Source of the DNA: Thermoanaerobaculia bacterium
GTDB taxonomy: Bacteria > Acidobacteriota > Thermoanaerobaculia > Multivoradales > Multivoraceae
Direction: 5' to 3'
Assembly (NCBI GenBank): GCA_963666565.1
Contig: OY762911.1
Span: 4,224,001-4,288,000 of the forward strand
Length of the DNA stretch: 64,000 nt
Under the pieces are notes generated by a model. The model did not search any database and had not been told where the DNA came from. It saw only the letters and a program-made list of their open reading frames with translations. Positions 1-15,000 of this stretch are shown one piece after another; position 1 is the stretch's first letter, and every line of letters begins with the position of its first letter. A program made the position numbers and the translations under genes.

Positions 1-3000
1 TACAAGGCGTACGCCACAGCCGGCTGCGACGCGATCTACCTGCTCGCCACCGCCACATCCTTCCTGACTCTGCCGGCGAAGACCACCGGCGTATCGGCAA
101 CGGCGGCGAATACGTCGCTCAGCGTGTCATGGACCGCGGTCGCCAGCGCGACCAGCTACAAGGTGCAGTGGAAATCGGGCACCGAGCAGTACAACACCGG
201 CAACCGGCAGGCAACGGTGACCAGCGGCACGCAACACACCATCACCGGCCTTGCCAACGGCACGGAGCACACCGTGCGCGTCACCGCCGTCAACGGCACC
301 GGCGCCGGCGCCCCGTCCGACGAAGCGAAGGGCACCCCCACCGGCCCCACCCTGACCGCCGAAACCGTCCTTCAGAAGCAGGCCCGGCTGGCGATGTCCA
401 ACTGGTCGGGGGATTGGTGGGTCAAGGGCGAACAGAACGGCGCCACCTGCATCAAGGGCACGACCAACACCGGCAAGGTCCAGTTCTCCGGGCTCACGGC
501 CTCCACCACGTACACCTACAACGCCTACAGCGCTTCCGGCTGCGCCGCGAGCAACAAGATCACGCACGTGACCTTCACCACCCTCGCGCCGATTGCGCTC
601 GCCTCCTCCAACATCACCACAACCAGCGCCACCCTGACCCTGTCGAATCTTGCCGGCGCCAGCGGCTGGCGCTACCAAGGCACCCAGAGCGGCGCGACCT
701 GCACGTTGGACACCGACGCGGGCACGCAGAAGACCGCCGACATCACCGGCCTGGACGCGGGAACGTCCTACACGTACAACGCCTACGCCACGACCGACAT
801 CCACTGCAACACGTCGATCGCCAGCCATACGTTCACGACGCTGCCGGCGAAGACCACGGGCGTTGCGGCGAAGACGCTCAGCGAGAAGCTGAAGATCACT
901 TGGACGGCGGTGACCAGCGCGACGAGCTACAAGGTGCAGTGGAAATCGGGCGCCCAGAACTACGACTCGACCCGTCAGGCGACCGTCAGCAGCGGCACCG
1001 AATACACGATCACCGGCCTCACCAACGCCACCACCTACACGATCCAGGTCGCCGCGACCAACGGCAGCGGCGACGGCGCGTGGTCCGACGAGGCGACGGG
1101 CACCCCGGCGGCGGTCACGCTGACGGCGTCCAGCATCGGCTCGACCACCGCCACACTCACGATCGGCAACTACTCGGGCAACTGGTACTACAAGCACACC
1201 TCGCCATCCACCGGACCGGGAGCTTCCTGCTCCACCAGCGCCGTCACTGCGACGACGAAGGATCTGTCGAGCCTTGCGACCGGCACCAGCTACACGTATG
1301 CGGCTTACAGCGACAGTGCCTGCACTACGTTGCTGGCGACAGCGACGGCGTTCACCACCAAGCCGGGCAAGGTCGCGAACGTTGCCGCCACGGCGGCCCA
1401 CAATGCGCTGGATGTCGATTGGGACGCCGAGACGGGGGCAACGTCGTACAAGGTCCAGTGGAAGTCGGGAGTGCAAACCTGGGACGCCACCAACCGCCAG
1501 CAGACCTCCAGCACCGACTCCACGACCATCTCGACGTTGACCAACGGCACGCAGTACACCATCCGCGTCGCGGCGGTGAACGGCACCGGCGACGGCGAAT
1601 GGTCGGACGAGGCAACCGGCACCCCGGCCATCACGCTGACGGTGTCGGCCATCGAGGCCACCACGGCAACGCTGACGATCAGCGACCACAGCAGCGGCTG
1701 GTATTACAAGTACACGACCCCCAACGGCGGCACCTGCTCTTCGCAAGTCTCCACCGCCTCGACCAGCGTCACGTCGCTGGCGACCGGCACGAGCCACACG
1801 TTCAAGGCCTACAGCGACAGTACCTGCACGACGGTGACCGCCACCGCCACGGCATTCACCACCAAGCCCGGCAAGGTGTCGAACGTCTCGACCACGGCAG
1901 CGAGCAAGGCGCTGGATGTCGATTGGGACGCGGAGACGGGGGCCACGTCGTACAAGATTCAGTGGAAGTCGGGAGCTCAGACCTGGGACGCCACCAACCG
2001 GCAGCAAACCTCCACCACCACATCCACGACCCTTTCAACCCTCATCAACGGGACCCAGTACACGATCCGCGTGGCGGCGGTGAACGGCAGCGGCAACGGC
2101 GCCTGGTCCGACGAGGCGACCGGCACTCCGGCCGTCTCACTGACGGTGTCCGCCATCGAAGCCAGCTCGGCGACGCTGACGATCAACGACCACAGCGGCG
2201 GGTGGTACTACAAGTACACGATCCCCAGCGCCGGCACTTGCTCTTCGCAGGTCTCCACCGCCTCGACCAGCGTCACGTCGCTGGCGACCGGCACGAGCCA
2301 CACCTTCAAGGCCTACAGCGACAGCGCCTGCACCACGGAACTCGCGACGGCAACGGCGTTCACCACCAAGCCCGGCAAGGTGTCGAACGTTGCGACCACG
2401 GCAGCGAGCAAGGCGCTGGATGTCGATTGGGACGCGGAGACGGGGGCCACGTCGTACAAGATTCAGTGGAAGTCCGGAGCGCAGACCTGGGATGCCACCA
2501 ACCGGCAGCAAACCTCCACCACCACATCCACGACCCTTTCAACCCTCATCAACGGGACCCAGTACACGATCCGCGTGGCGGCGGTGAACGGCAGCGGCGA
2601 CGGCGCATGGTCCGACGAGGCGACCGGGACCCCGGCCGTCTCACTGACGGTGTCCGCCATCGAAGCCACCTCGGCGACGCTGACGATCAGCGACCACAGC
2701 GGCGGCTGGTACTACAAATACACGTCCCCCGTTGGCGGCACGTGTTCCTCGCTCGTCTCCACCGCCTCGACCAGCGTCTCGTCGCTGGCAACCGGCACGA
2801 GCCACACGTTCAAGGCCTACAGCGACAGCGTTTGCAGCACCGAGGTTGCGGCGGCGACGGCGTTCACCACCAAGCCGGGCAAGGTCTCGAACGTTGCCAC
2901 CACGGCCGCCCACGACGTGCTGGACGTGAGCTGGGATGCGGAAACCGGTGCAACTTCCTACAAGATCCAGTGGAAGTCGGGGGCGCAGACCTGGGACGCC

Positions 3001-6000
3001 GCCAACCGCCAAGAGACCTCCACCACCACTTCCAAGACGATCTCGGGCCTCAGCTATCCGACCAGCTACACCCTGCGCGTGGCGGCCGCGAACGGCAGCG
3101 GCGACGGCGAATGGTCCGACGAGGCGACGGGCACGCCGGCGGCGCCCTCACTGTCTGCCGGGTCGATCACCGAGACCGGCGCCACCCTGACCATCGCCAA
3201 CCACACCGGCAACTGGTACCACAAACAGACGGCCCCGAGCGCCGGCACCTGCTCGTCGGCGGTCAGCGGCGCAAGCGCCGACCTCTCGACGCTCACCGGC
3301 GGCACCGCCTACACCTGGAAGGCGTATAGCGACAGCACCTGCGCGACGGAACTCGCCAGCGAGACCTTCACCACGGTTTCGTTCACGGCGACCTCGGTGA
3401 CAGCGGTTTCGGCGACGCTGAACATCGGCAACTGGAGCAGCCCCTGGTGGTACTCGGCCGTTGGGAACTCAAGCTGCTTGTCCGTGGCTGGCGGCACATC
3501 GACGGCGGATCTTTCGAACCTCGTCGAGTCCACGGACTACAGCTTCGAAGCGTTCAGCGCGTCCGGTTGTGCGTCTGCGAACAAGATTGCCGACGTGAGC
3601 TTCAGGACCCTCTCGACCGTGACCCTGGCGGCCAGCGACATCACGGAAACCTCGGCGACCCTGACCATCTCCGTCAACAGCAACGACGTGACTCTTGAAC
3701 AGATTTTCAAGACGTTTGGCTGGCGTCACAAGCAAGGAACAACCTGCACGCAGGTTTCGCCGGGGTTGACGGCAGCCTTGAGCACCCTGACGGGCGGCAC
3801 CTCCTACAGCTACAGCGGCCATTTGATCACGGACACGAACTGCTCCAGCACCGCGTTCGCCACCGACACGTTCACGACGCTGTCGCTGGCGGCGGGTTCC
3901 ATCACCACGAGCACGGCGAAGCTGACGCTCGGCAACTACAGTGGAAGCTGGTGGTACAAGGGCAGTCAGGCCGGCGCCACCTGCACATCGGCTGGCACCG
4001 GCATCACCGCAGACCTCGCCAGCCTGGACGACGCCACCAACTACACCTACACCGCCTACGACGCTTCCACCTGCGCATCGAGCGCGAAGATCGCGGACGT
4101 CGACTTCACCACCCTCACCGCCCCCGGTTTCACGTTCACACCCACCAGCGTCACGGTGACGGAGGGCTCGACGGCGACCTACACGGTGAAGCTGGCGACC
4201 AAGCCGACCGCCAGCGTCACCGTCACGATCGCCCGCAGCACGACGGGCACCCAGGACGCGGACCTGAGCGTCAAGACCGGCGGCTCGCTCACCTTCACCA
4301 CCGACAACTGGAACACGGCGCAGACGGTCACGCTGGAGGCGAAGGAGGACGACGACGGCGACGCCGGCACGGCCGACATCGCGCACACGGCGAGCGGCGG
4401 GGGCTACGGCAGCGTCACGGGAACCGTCACGGCGACGGAGGACGACAACGACACGAAGGGTTTCACCTTCTCCGCCTCCAACGTCTCCGTGACGGAGGGC
4501 TCCACCGCCACCTACAAGGTCAAGCTGGCGACCAAGCCGTCCGCCAGCGTCACCGTGACGATTGCGCGAAGCACCACCGGCACCCAGGACGCGGACCTGA
4601 GCGTCAAGACCGGCGGCTCGCTCACCTTCACCACCGACAACTGGGACACGGACCAGACCGTGACGCTCGAGGCCAAGGAGGACGACGACGGCGACGCTGG
4701 CACGGCGGACATCGCGCACACCGCCAGCGGCGGGGGCTACGGAAGCGCGACCGGCACGGTGACCGCCACCGAGTCGGACAACGACACCAAGGGCTTCACC
4801 TTCTCGTCGTCCAACGTCTCGGTCACCGAGGGCTCCACGGCCACCTACAAGGTCAAGCTGGCGACCGAGCCCACCGCCAGCGTCACCGTCACCGTCGCGC
4901 GGAGCAGCACCGGCGCGCAGGACTCGGACCTGAGCGTCAAGACCGGCGGGACCCTCACCTTCACCACCGACAACTGGGACACGGACCAGACGGTAACGCT
5001 CGAAGCCAAGGAGGACGACGACGGAGACGACGGCACCGCCGACATCGCCCACAGCGCCACCGGCGGTGGTTACGGCAGCGTCACCGGCAGCGTCACCGCG
5101 ACCGAGGACGACAACGACACCAAGGGCTTCACCTTCTCGTCGTCCAACGTCTCGGTCACCGAGGGCTCGACCGCCACCTACCAGGTCAAGCTCGCCACCG
5201 AGCCCACCGCCAGCGTCACCGTCACCGTGGCGCGAAGCACCACCGGCACCCAGGACGCGGACCTGAGCGTGAAGACCGGCGGCTCGCTCACCTTCACCAC
5301 CGACAACTGGGACACCGACCAGACCGTGACGCTCGAAGCCAAGGAGGACGACGACGGCGACGACGGCACCGCCGACATCTCGCACACCGCCAGCGGCGGG
5401 GGCTACGGAAGCGCGACCGGCACGGTGACCGCCACGGAGTCGGACAACGACACGAAGGGCTTCACCTTCTCCGCGTCCAACGTCTCCGTGACGGAAGGCT
5501 CCACCGCCACCTACAAGGTCAAGCTGGCGACCAAGCCGTCCGCCAGCGTCACCGTGACGATTGCGCGAAGCACCACCGGCACCCAGGACGCGGACCTGAG
5601 CGTCAAGACCGGCGGCTCGCTCACCTTCACCACCGACAACTGGAACACGGACCAGACCGTGACCCTGGAGGCGAAGGAGGACGACGACGGAGACGCCGAC
5701 ACCGCCGACATCGCTCACACCGCCAGCGGCGGAGGCTACGGCAGCGTCACCGGCACGGTGACCGCAACTGAGTCGGACAACGACACGAAGGGCTTCACCT
5801 TCTCCGCGTCCAACGTCTCCGTGACGGAAGGCTCTACCGCCACCTACAAGGTCAAGCTCAAGACGAAGCCCTCCGCCAGCGTCACCGTGACCGTCGCGCG
5901 GAGCACGACCGGCACACAGGACTCGGACCTGAGCGTCAAGACCGGCGGCTCGCTCACCTTCACCACCGACAACTGGGACACCGACCAGACCGTGACGCTC

Positions 6001-9000
6001 GAGGCCAAGGAAGACGACGACGGCGACGCTGGACGGCGGACATCGCGCACACCGCCAGCGGCGGAGGCTACGGAAGCGTCACCGGCACAGTCACCGCTAG
6101 TGAGTCGGACAACGACGCGAAGGGCTTCACCTTCTCCGCATCGAACGTGAGCGTGACCGAGGGCTCCACCGCCACCTACAAGGTGAAGCTGGCGACCAAG
6201 CCGTCCGCCAGCGTCACCGTGACGATTGCGCGAAGCACCACCGGCACCCAGGACGCGGACCTGAGCGTCAAGACCGGCGGCTCGCTCACCTTCACCACCG
6301 ACAACTGGGACACCGACCAGACCGTCACGCTGGAGGCCAAGGAGGACGACGACGGCGACGACGGCACCGCCGACATCTCGCACACCGCCAGCGGCGGGGG
6401 CTACGGAAGCGTCACCGGCACAGTCACCGCCACCGAGTCGGACAACGACACCAAGGGCTTCACCTTCTCCGCATCGAACGTGAGCGTGACTGAGGGCTCG
6501 ACGGCCACCTACAAGGTGAAGCTGGCGACCAAGCCGTCCGCCAGCGTCACCGTGACGATTGCGCGAAGCACCACCGGCACCCAGGACGCGGACCTGAGCG
6601 TGAAGACCGGCGGCTCGCTCACCTTCACGACCGACAACTGGGACACCGACCAGACCGTCACGCTGGAGGCCAAGGAGGACGACGACGGCGACGACGGCAC
6701 CGCCGACATCTCGCACACCGCCAGCGGCGGGGGCTACGGAAGCGCGACCGGCACGGTGACCGCCACCGAGTCGGACAACGACACCAAGGGCTTCACCTTC
6801 TCGTCGTCCAACGTCTCGGTCACCGAGGGCTCCACGGCCACCTACAAGGTCAAGCTGGCGACCGAGCCCACGGCCAGCGTCACCGTCACCGTCGCGCGGA
6901 GCAGCACCGGCGCGCAGGACTCGGACCTGAGCGTCAAGACCGGCGGGACCCTCACCTTCACCACCGACAACTGGGACACGGACCAGACGGTAACGCTCGA
7001 AGCCAAGGAGGACGACGACGGAGACGACGGCACCGCCGACATCGCCCACAGCGCCACCGGCGGTGGTTACGGCAGCGTCACCGGCAGCGTCACCGCGACC
7101 GAGGACGACAACGACACCAAGGGCTTCACCTTCTCGTCGTCCAACGTCTCGGTCACCGAGGGCTCGACCGCCACCTACCAGGTCAAGCTCGCCACCGAGC
7201 CCACCGCCAGCGTCACCGTCACCGTGGCGCGAAGCACCACCGGCACCCAGGACGCGGACCTGAGCGTGAAGACCGGCGGCTCGCTCACCTTCACCACGGA
7301 CAACTGGGACACCGACCAGACCGTGACGCTCGAAGCCAAGGAGGACGACGACGGCGACGACGGCACCGCCGACATCTCGCACACCGCCAGCGGCGGGGGC
7401 TACGGAAGCGCGACCGGCACGGTGACCGCCACGGAGTCGGACAACGACACGAAGGGCTTCACCTTCTCCGCGTCCAACGTCTCCGTGACGGAAGGCTCCA
7501 CCGCCACCTACAAGGTCAAGCTGGCGACCAAGCCGTCCGCCAGCGTCACCGTGACGATTGCGCGAAGCACCACCGGCACCCAGGACGCGGACCTGAGCGT
7601 CAAGACCGGCGGCTCGCTCACCTTCACCACCGACAACTGGAACACGGACCAGACCGTGACCCTGGAGGCGAAGGAGGACGACGACGGAGACGCCGGCACC
7701 GCCGACATCGCTCACACCGCCAGCGGCGGAGGCTACGGCAGCGTCACCGGCACGGTGACCGCAACTGAGTCGGACAACGACACGAAGGGCTTCACCTTCT
7801 CCGCGTCCAACGTCTCCGTGACGGAAGGCTCTACCGCCACCTACAAGGTCAAGCTCAAGACGAAGCCCTCCGCCAGCGTCACCGTGACCGTCGCGCGGAG
7901 CACGACCGGCACACAGGACTCGGACCTGAGCGTCAAGACCGGCGGCTCGCTCACCTTCACCACCGACAACTGGGACACCGACCAGACCGTGACGCTCGAG
8001 GCCAAGGAAGACGACGACGGCGACGCTGGCACGGCGGACATCGCGCACACCGCCAGCGGCGGAGGCTACGGAAGCGTCACCGGCACAGTCACCGCTAGTG
8101 AGTCGGACAACGACGCGAAGGGCTTCACCTTCTCCGCATCGAACGTGAGCGTGACCGAGGGCTCCACCGCCACCTACAAGGTGAAGCTGGCGACCAAGCC
8201 GTCCGCCAGCGTCACCGTGACGATTGCGCGAAGCACCACCGGCACCCAGGACGCGGACCTGAGCGTCAAGACCGGCGGCTCGCTCACCTTCACCACCGAC
8301 AACTGGGACACCGACCAGACCGTCACGCTGGAGGCCAAGGAGGACGACGACGGCGACGACGGCACCGCCGACATCTCGCACACCGCCAGCGGCGGGGGCT
8401 ACGGAAGCGTCACCGGCACAGTCACCGCCACCGAGTCGGACAACGACACCAAGGGCTTCACCTTCTCCGCATCGAACGTGAGCGTGACTGAGGGCTCGAC
8501 GGCCACCTACAAGGTGAAGCTGGCGACCAAGCCGTCCGCCAGCGTCACCGTGACGATTGCGCGAAGCACCACCGGCACCCAGGACGCGGACCTGAGCGTC
8601 AAGACCGGCGGCTCGCTCACCTTCACCACCGACAACTGGGACACCGACCAGACCGTCACGCTGGAGGCCAAGGAGGACGACGACGGCGACGACGGCACCG
8701 CCGACATCTCGCACACCGCCAGCGGCGGGGGCTACGGAAGCGCGACCGGCACGGTGACCGCCACCGAGTCGGACAACGACACCAAGGGCTTCACCTTCTC
8801 CGCGTCGAACGTGTCGGTGACGGAAGGCTCGACGGCGACCTACACGGTCAAGCTGGCGACCAAGCCGACCGCCAGCGTCACGGTCACCGTCGCCCGCAGC
8901 ACCGCCGGCACGCAGGACGCGGACCTGAGCGTCAAGACCGGCGGCTCGCTCACCTTCACCACCGACAACTGGAGCACCGCCCAGACCGTCACGCTGGAGG

Positions 9001-12000
9001 CGAAGGAAGACGACGACGGCGACGACGGCACGGCGGACATCGCGCACACCGCCAGCGGCGGAGGCTACGGCAGCGTCACGGGAAACGTCACGGCGACGGA
9101 GGACGACAACGACACGAAGGGCTTCACCTTCTCCGCGTCGAACGTCTCGGTGACGGAGGGCTCCACCGCCACCTACAAGGTCAAGCTGGCGACCAAGCCG
9201 TCCGCCAGCGTCACCGTGACGGTTGCGCGAAGCACCACCGGCACACAGGACTCGGACCTGAGCGTGAAGACCGGCGGCTCGCTCACCTTCACGACCGACA
9301 ACTGGAACACCGACCAGACCGTCACCCTCGAAGCCAAGGAGGACGACGACGGCGACGACGGCACGGCCGACATCGCCCACACCGCCAGCGGCGGCGGCTA
9401 CGGCAGCGCGACCGGCACGGTGACCGCCACGGAGTCGGACAACGACACCAAGGGCTTCACCTTCTCCGCCTCCAACGTCTCCGTGACGGAAGGCTCTACC
9501 GCCACCTACAAGGTCAAGCTCAAGACGAAGCCCTCCGCCAGCGTCACCGTGACGATTGCGCGAAGCACCACCGGCACCCAGGACGCGGACCTGAGCGTCA
9601 AGACCGGCGGCTCGCTCACCTTCACCACCGACAACTGGGACACCGACCAGACCGTGACGCTCGAGGCCAAGGAAGACGACGACGGCGACGACGACACCGC
9701 CGACATCGCTCACACCGCCAGCGGCGGAGGCTACGGCAGCGTCACCGGCACGGTGACCGCAACGGAGTCGGACAACGACACCAAGGGCTTCACCTTCTCC
9801 GCCTCCAACGTCTCCGTGACGGAGGGCTCCACCGCCACCTACAAGGTCAAGCTGGCGACCAAGCCGTCCGCCAGCGTCACCGTGACGGTTGCGCGAAGCA
9901 CCGCCGGCACACAGGACTCGGACCTGAGCGTGAAGACCGGCGGCTCGCTCACCTTCACGACCGACAACTGGAACACCGACCAGACCGTCACCCTCGAAGC
10001 CAAGGAGGACGACGACGGCGACGACGGCACCGCCGACATCGCGCACACCGCCAGCGGCGGGGGCTACGGAAGCGCGACCGGCACGGTGACCGCCACCGAG
10101 TCGGACAACGACACCAAGGGCTTCACCTTCTCCGCGTCCAACGTCTCCGTGACGGAAGGCTCTACCGCCACCTACAAGGTCAAGCTCAAGACGAAGCCCT
10201 CCGCCAGCGTCACGGTCACCGTCGCGCGGAGCACGACCGGCACGCAGGACTCGGACCTCAGCGTCAAGACCGGCGGCTCGCTCACCTTCACCACCGACAA
10301 CTGGGACACCGACCAGACCGTCACCCTGGAGGCCAAGGAAGACGACGACGGCGACGACGGCACCGCCGACATCGCGCACACCGCCAGCGGCGGGGGCTAC
10401 GGAAGCGCGACCGGCACGGTGACCGCAACGGAGTCGGACAACGACACGAAGGGCTTCACCTTCTCCGCGTCCAACGTCTCCGTGACGGAAGGCTCTACCG
10501 CCACCTACAAGGTCAAGCTCAAGACGAAGCCCTCCGCCAGCGTCACCGTGACGATTGCGCGAAGCACGACCGGCACGCAGGACGCGGACCTCAGCGTCAA
10601 GACCGGCGGCTCGCTTACCTTCACCACCGACAACTGGGACACCGACCAGACGGTCACCCTGGAAGCCAAGGAGGACGACGACGGCAACGACGGCACCGCC
10701 GACATCGCCCACACGGCGACCGGCGGCGGCTACGGCAGCGTGACCGGCAGCATCACCGCCACGGAGTCGGACAACGACGCGAAGGGCTTCACCTTCACCC
10801 CCACCAGCGTTTCGGTGACGGAGGGGTCCAGCGCCACCTACAAGGTCAAGCTCAAGACCAAGCCCACGGCCAGCGTCACCGTGACCGTCGCGCGGAGCAC
10901 GACCGGCACGCAGGACTCGGACCTGAGCGTCAAGACCGGCGGCTCGCTCACCTTCACCACCGACAACTGGGACACCGACCAGACCGTCACCCTGGAGGCG
11001 AAGGAGGACGACGACGGCGACGACGGCACCGCCGACATCGCGCACACCGCCAGCGGCGGCGGCTACGGAAGCGCGACGGGAACCGTCACGGCAACGGAGG
11101 ACGACAACGACACGAAGGGCTTCACCTTCTCCGCCTCCAACGTCTCCGTGACTGAGGGCTCGACGGCCACCTACACGGTGAAGCTGGCGACCGAGCCCTC
11201 GGCGAGCGTCACGGTGACCGTCGCCCGCAGCACTACCGGCACGCAGGACACGGACCTCAGCGTGAAGACCGGCGGCTCGCTGACCTTCACCACCGACAAC
11301 TGGGACACCGACCAGACCGTCACGCTGGAGGCGAAGGAAGACGACGACGGCGACAACGGCACGGCGGACATCGCGCACACGGCGAGCGGCGGCGGCTACG
11401 GCAGCGTCACCGGCACGGTGACCGCCACGGAGTCGGACAACGACACCAAGGGCTTCACCTTCTCCGCGTCGAACGTGACGGTGACGGAGGGCTCAACGGC
11501 GACCTACACGGTGAAGCTGGCGACCAAGCCCACGGCCAGCGTCACCGTGACCGTCGCGCGGAGCACGACCGGCACCCAGGACTCGGACCTGAGCGTGAAG
11601 ACCGGCGGCTCGCTGACCTTCACCACCTCCAACTGGGACACCGCCCAGACCGTCACCCTGGAGGCGAAGGAGGACGACGACGGAGACGACGGCACGGCGG
11701 ACATCGGGCACACGGCCAGCGGCGGGGGCTACGGCAGCGTCACCGGCAGCATCACCGCCACGGAGGACGACAACGACGCGAAGGGCTTCACCTTCTCCGC
11801 ATCGAACGTGAGCGTGACCGAGGGCTCGACGGCCACCTACACGGTGAAGCTGGCGACCGAGCCCTCGGCGAGCGTCACGGTCACCGTCGCCCGCAGCACC
11901 GCCGGCACGCAGGACACGGACCTCAGCGTCAAGACCGGCGGCTCGCTCACCTTCACCACCGACAACTGGAGCACCGCCCAGACCGTCACGCTGGAGACGA

Positions 12001-15000
12001 AGGAAGACGACGACGGCGACGCTGGCACGGCCGACATCGCGCACACGGCCAGCGGCGGAGGCTACGGAAGCGTCACGGGAACCGTCACGGCGACGGAGGA
12101 CGACAACGACACGAAGGGCTTCACCTTCTCCGCCTCCAACGTCTCCGTGACGGAGGGCTCCACCGCCACCTACAAGGTCAAGCTGGCGACCAAGCCGTCC
12201 GCCAGCGTCACCGTGACGGTTGCGCGAAGCACCACCGGCACCCAGGACTCGGACCTGAGCGTGAAGACCGGCGCGTCGCTGACTTTCACCACCGACAACT
12301 GGGACACGGACCAGACCGTGACGCTGGAGGCCAAGGAAGACGACGACGGCGACGACGGCACCGCCGACATCGCCCACACCGCCAGCGGCGGCGGCTACGG
12401 CAGCGTCACGGGAAGCCTGACGGCCACGGAGGACGACAACGACGCGAAGGGCTTCACGTTCTCCGCTTCGAACGTGACGGTGACGGAGGGTTCGACGGCG
12501 ACCTACACGGTCAAGCTCGCGACCAAGCCGACCGCCAGCGTCACCGTGACCGTCGCCCGCAGCACGACCGGCACGCAGGACGCGGACCTCAGCGTCAAGA
12601 CCGGCGGCTCGCTTACCTTCACCACCGACAACTGGGACACCGACCAGACGGTCACCCTGGAAGCCAAGGAGGACGACGACGGCAACGACGGCACCGCCGA
12701 CATCGCCCACACGGCGACCGGCGGCGGCTACGGCAGCGTGACCGGCAGCATCACCGCCACGGAGTCGGACAACGACGCGAAGGGCTTCACCTTCACCCCC
12801 ACCAGCGTTTCGGTGACGGAGGGGTCCAGCGCCACCTACAAGGTCAAGCTCAAGACCAAGCCCACGGCCAGCGTCACCGTGACCGTCGCGCGGAGCACGA
12901 CCGGCACCCAGGACTCGGATCTCAGCGTCAAGACCGGCGGCTCGCTCACCTTCACCACCTCCAACTGGGACACGGACCAGACCGTCACCCTGGAGGCGAA
13001 GGAGGACGACGACGGCGACGCCGGCACGGCCGACATCGCGCACACGGCGAGCGGCGGGGGCTACGGCAGCGTCACCGGCAGCGTCACGGCCACGGAGTCG
13101 GACAACGACACCAAGGGCTTCACCTTCTCCGCGTCGAACGTCTCGGTGACGGAGGGCTCCACCGCCACCTACAAGGTCAAGCTCAAGACGAAGCCCTCCG
13201 CCAGCGTCACCGTGACGATTGCGCGAAGCACCACCGGCACACAGGACGCGGACCTGAGCGTGAAGACCGGCGGCTCGCTCACCTTCACCACCGACAACTG
13301 GAGCACCGCCCAGACCGTCACGCTGGAGGCCAAGGAGGACGACGACGGCAACGACGGCACCGCCGACATCGCCCACACCGCCAGCGGCGGAGGCTACGGA
13401 AGCGTCACCGGCACAGTCACCGCTACTGAGTCGGACAACGACGCGAAGGGCTTCACGTTCTCCGCATCGAACGTGAGCGTGACTGAGGGCTCGACGGCCA
13501 CCTACACGGTGAAGCTGGCGACCAAGCCGTCCGCCAGCGTCACCGTGACGGTTGCGCGAAGCACCACCGGCACCCAGGACGCGGACCTGAGCGTGAAGAC
13601 CGGCGGCTCGCTGACGTTCACGACCGGCAACTGGAGCACGGCGCAGACGGTCACGCTGGAGGCAAAGGAGGACGACGACGGCGACGCTGGCACGGCCGAC
13701 ATCGCGCACACGGCCAGCGGCGGAGGCTACGGAAGCGTCACGGGAACCGTCACGGCGACGGAGGACGACAACGACACGAAGGGCTTCACCTTCTCCGCAT
13801 CGAACGTGAGCGTGACGGAGGGCTCCACCGCCACCTACAAGGTCAAGCTGGCGACCGAGCCCTCGGCGAGCGTCACGGTCACCGTCGCCCGCAGCACCGC
13901 CGGCACGCAGGACACGGACCTCAGCGTCAAGACCGGCGGCTCGCTCACCTTCACCACCGACAACTGGGACACCGACCAGACCGTCACCCTGGAGGCGAAG
14001 GAGGACGACGACGGCGACGACGGCACCGCCGACATCGCCCACACCGCCAGCGGCGGCGGCTACGGCAGCGTCACGGGAAGCCTGACGGCCACGGAGGACG
14101 ACAACGACGCGAAGGGCTTCACGTTCTCCGCTTCGAACGTGACGGTGACGGAGGGTTCGACGGCGACCTACACGGTCAAGCTAGCGACCAAGCCGACCGC
14201 CAGCGTCACCGTGACCGTCGCCCGCAGCACGACCGGCACGCAGGACGCGGACCTCAGCGTCAAGACCGGAGGCTCGCTGACCTTCACCACCGACAACTGG
14301 GACACCGACCAGACGGTCACCCTGGAAGCCAAGGAGGACGACGACGGCAACGACGGCACCGCCGACATCGCCCACACGGCGACCGGCGGCGGCTACGGCA
14401 GCGTGACCGGCACGGTGACCGCCACGGAGTCGGACAACGACGCGAAGGGCTTCACCTTCACCCCCACCAGCGTTTCGGTGACGGAGGGGTCCAGCGCCAC
14501 CTACAAGGTCAAGCTCAAGACCAAGCCCACGGCCAGCGTCACCGTGACCGTCGCGCGGAGCACGACCGGCACGCAGGACTCGGACCTGAGCGTCAAGACC
14601 GGCGGCTCGCTCACCTTCACCACCGACAACTGGGACACCGACCAGACCGTCACGCTGGAGGCGAAGGAGGACGACGACGGAGACGACGGCACGGCCGACA
14701 TCGCCCACACGGCGACCGGCGGCGGCTACGGCAGCGTGACCGGCAGCATCACCGCGACGGAGGACGACAACGACACCAAGGGCTTCACCTTCTCCGCCTC
14801 CAACGTCTCCGTGACGGAGGGCTCCACCGCCACCTACAAGGTCAAGCTCAAGACGAAGCCCTCCGCCAGCGTCACCGTGACGATTGCGCGAAGCACCACC
14901 GGCACCCAGGACGCGGACCTGAGCGTCAAGACCGGCGGCTCGCTCACCTTCACCACCGACAACTGGGACACGGACCAGACCGTGACGCTCGAAGCCAAGG

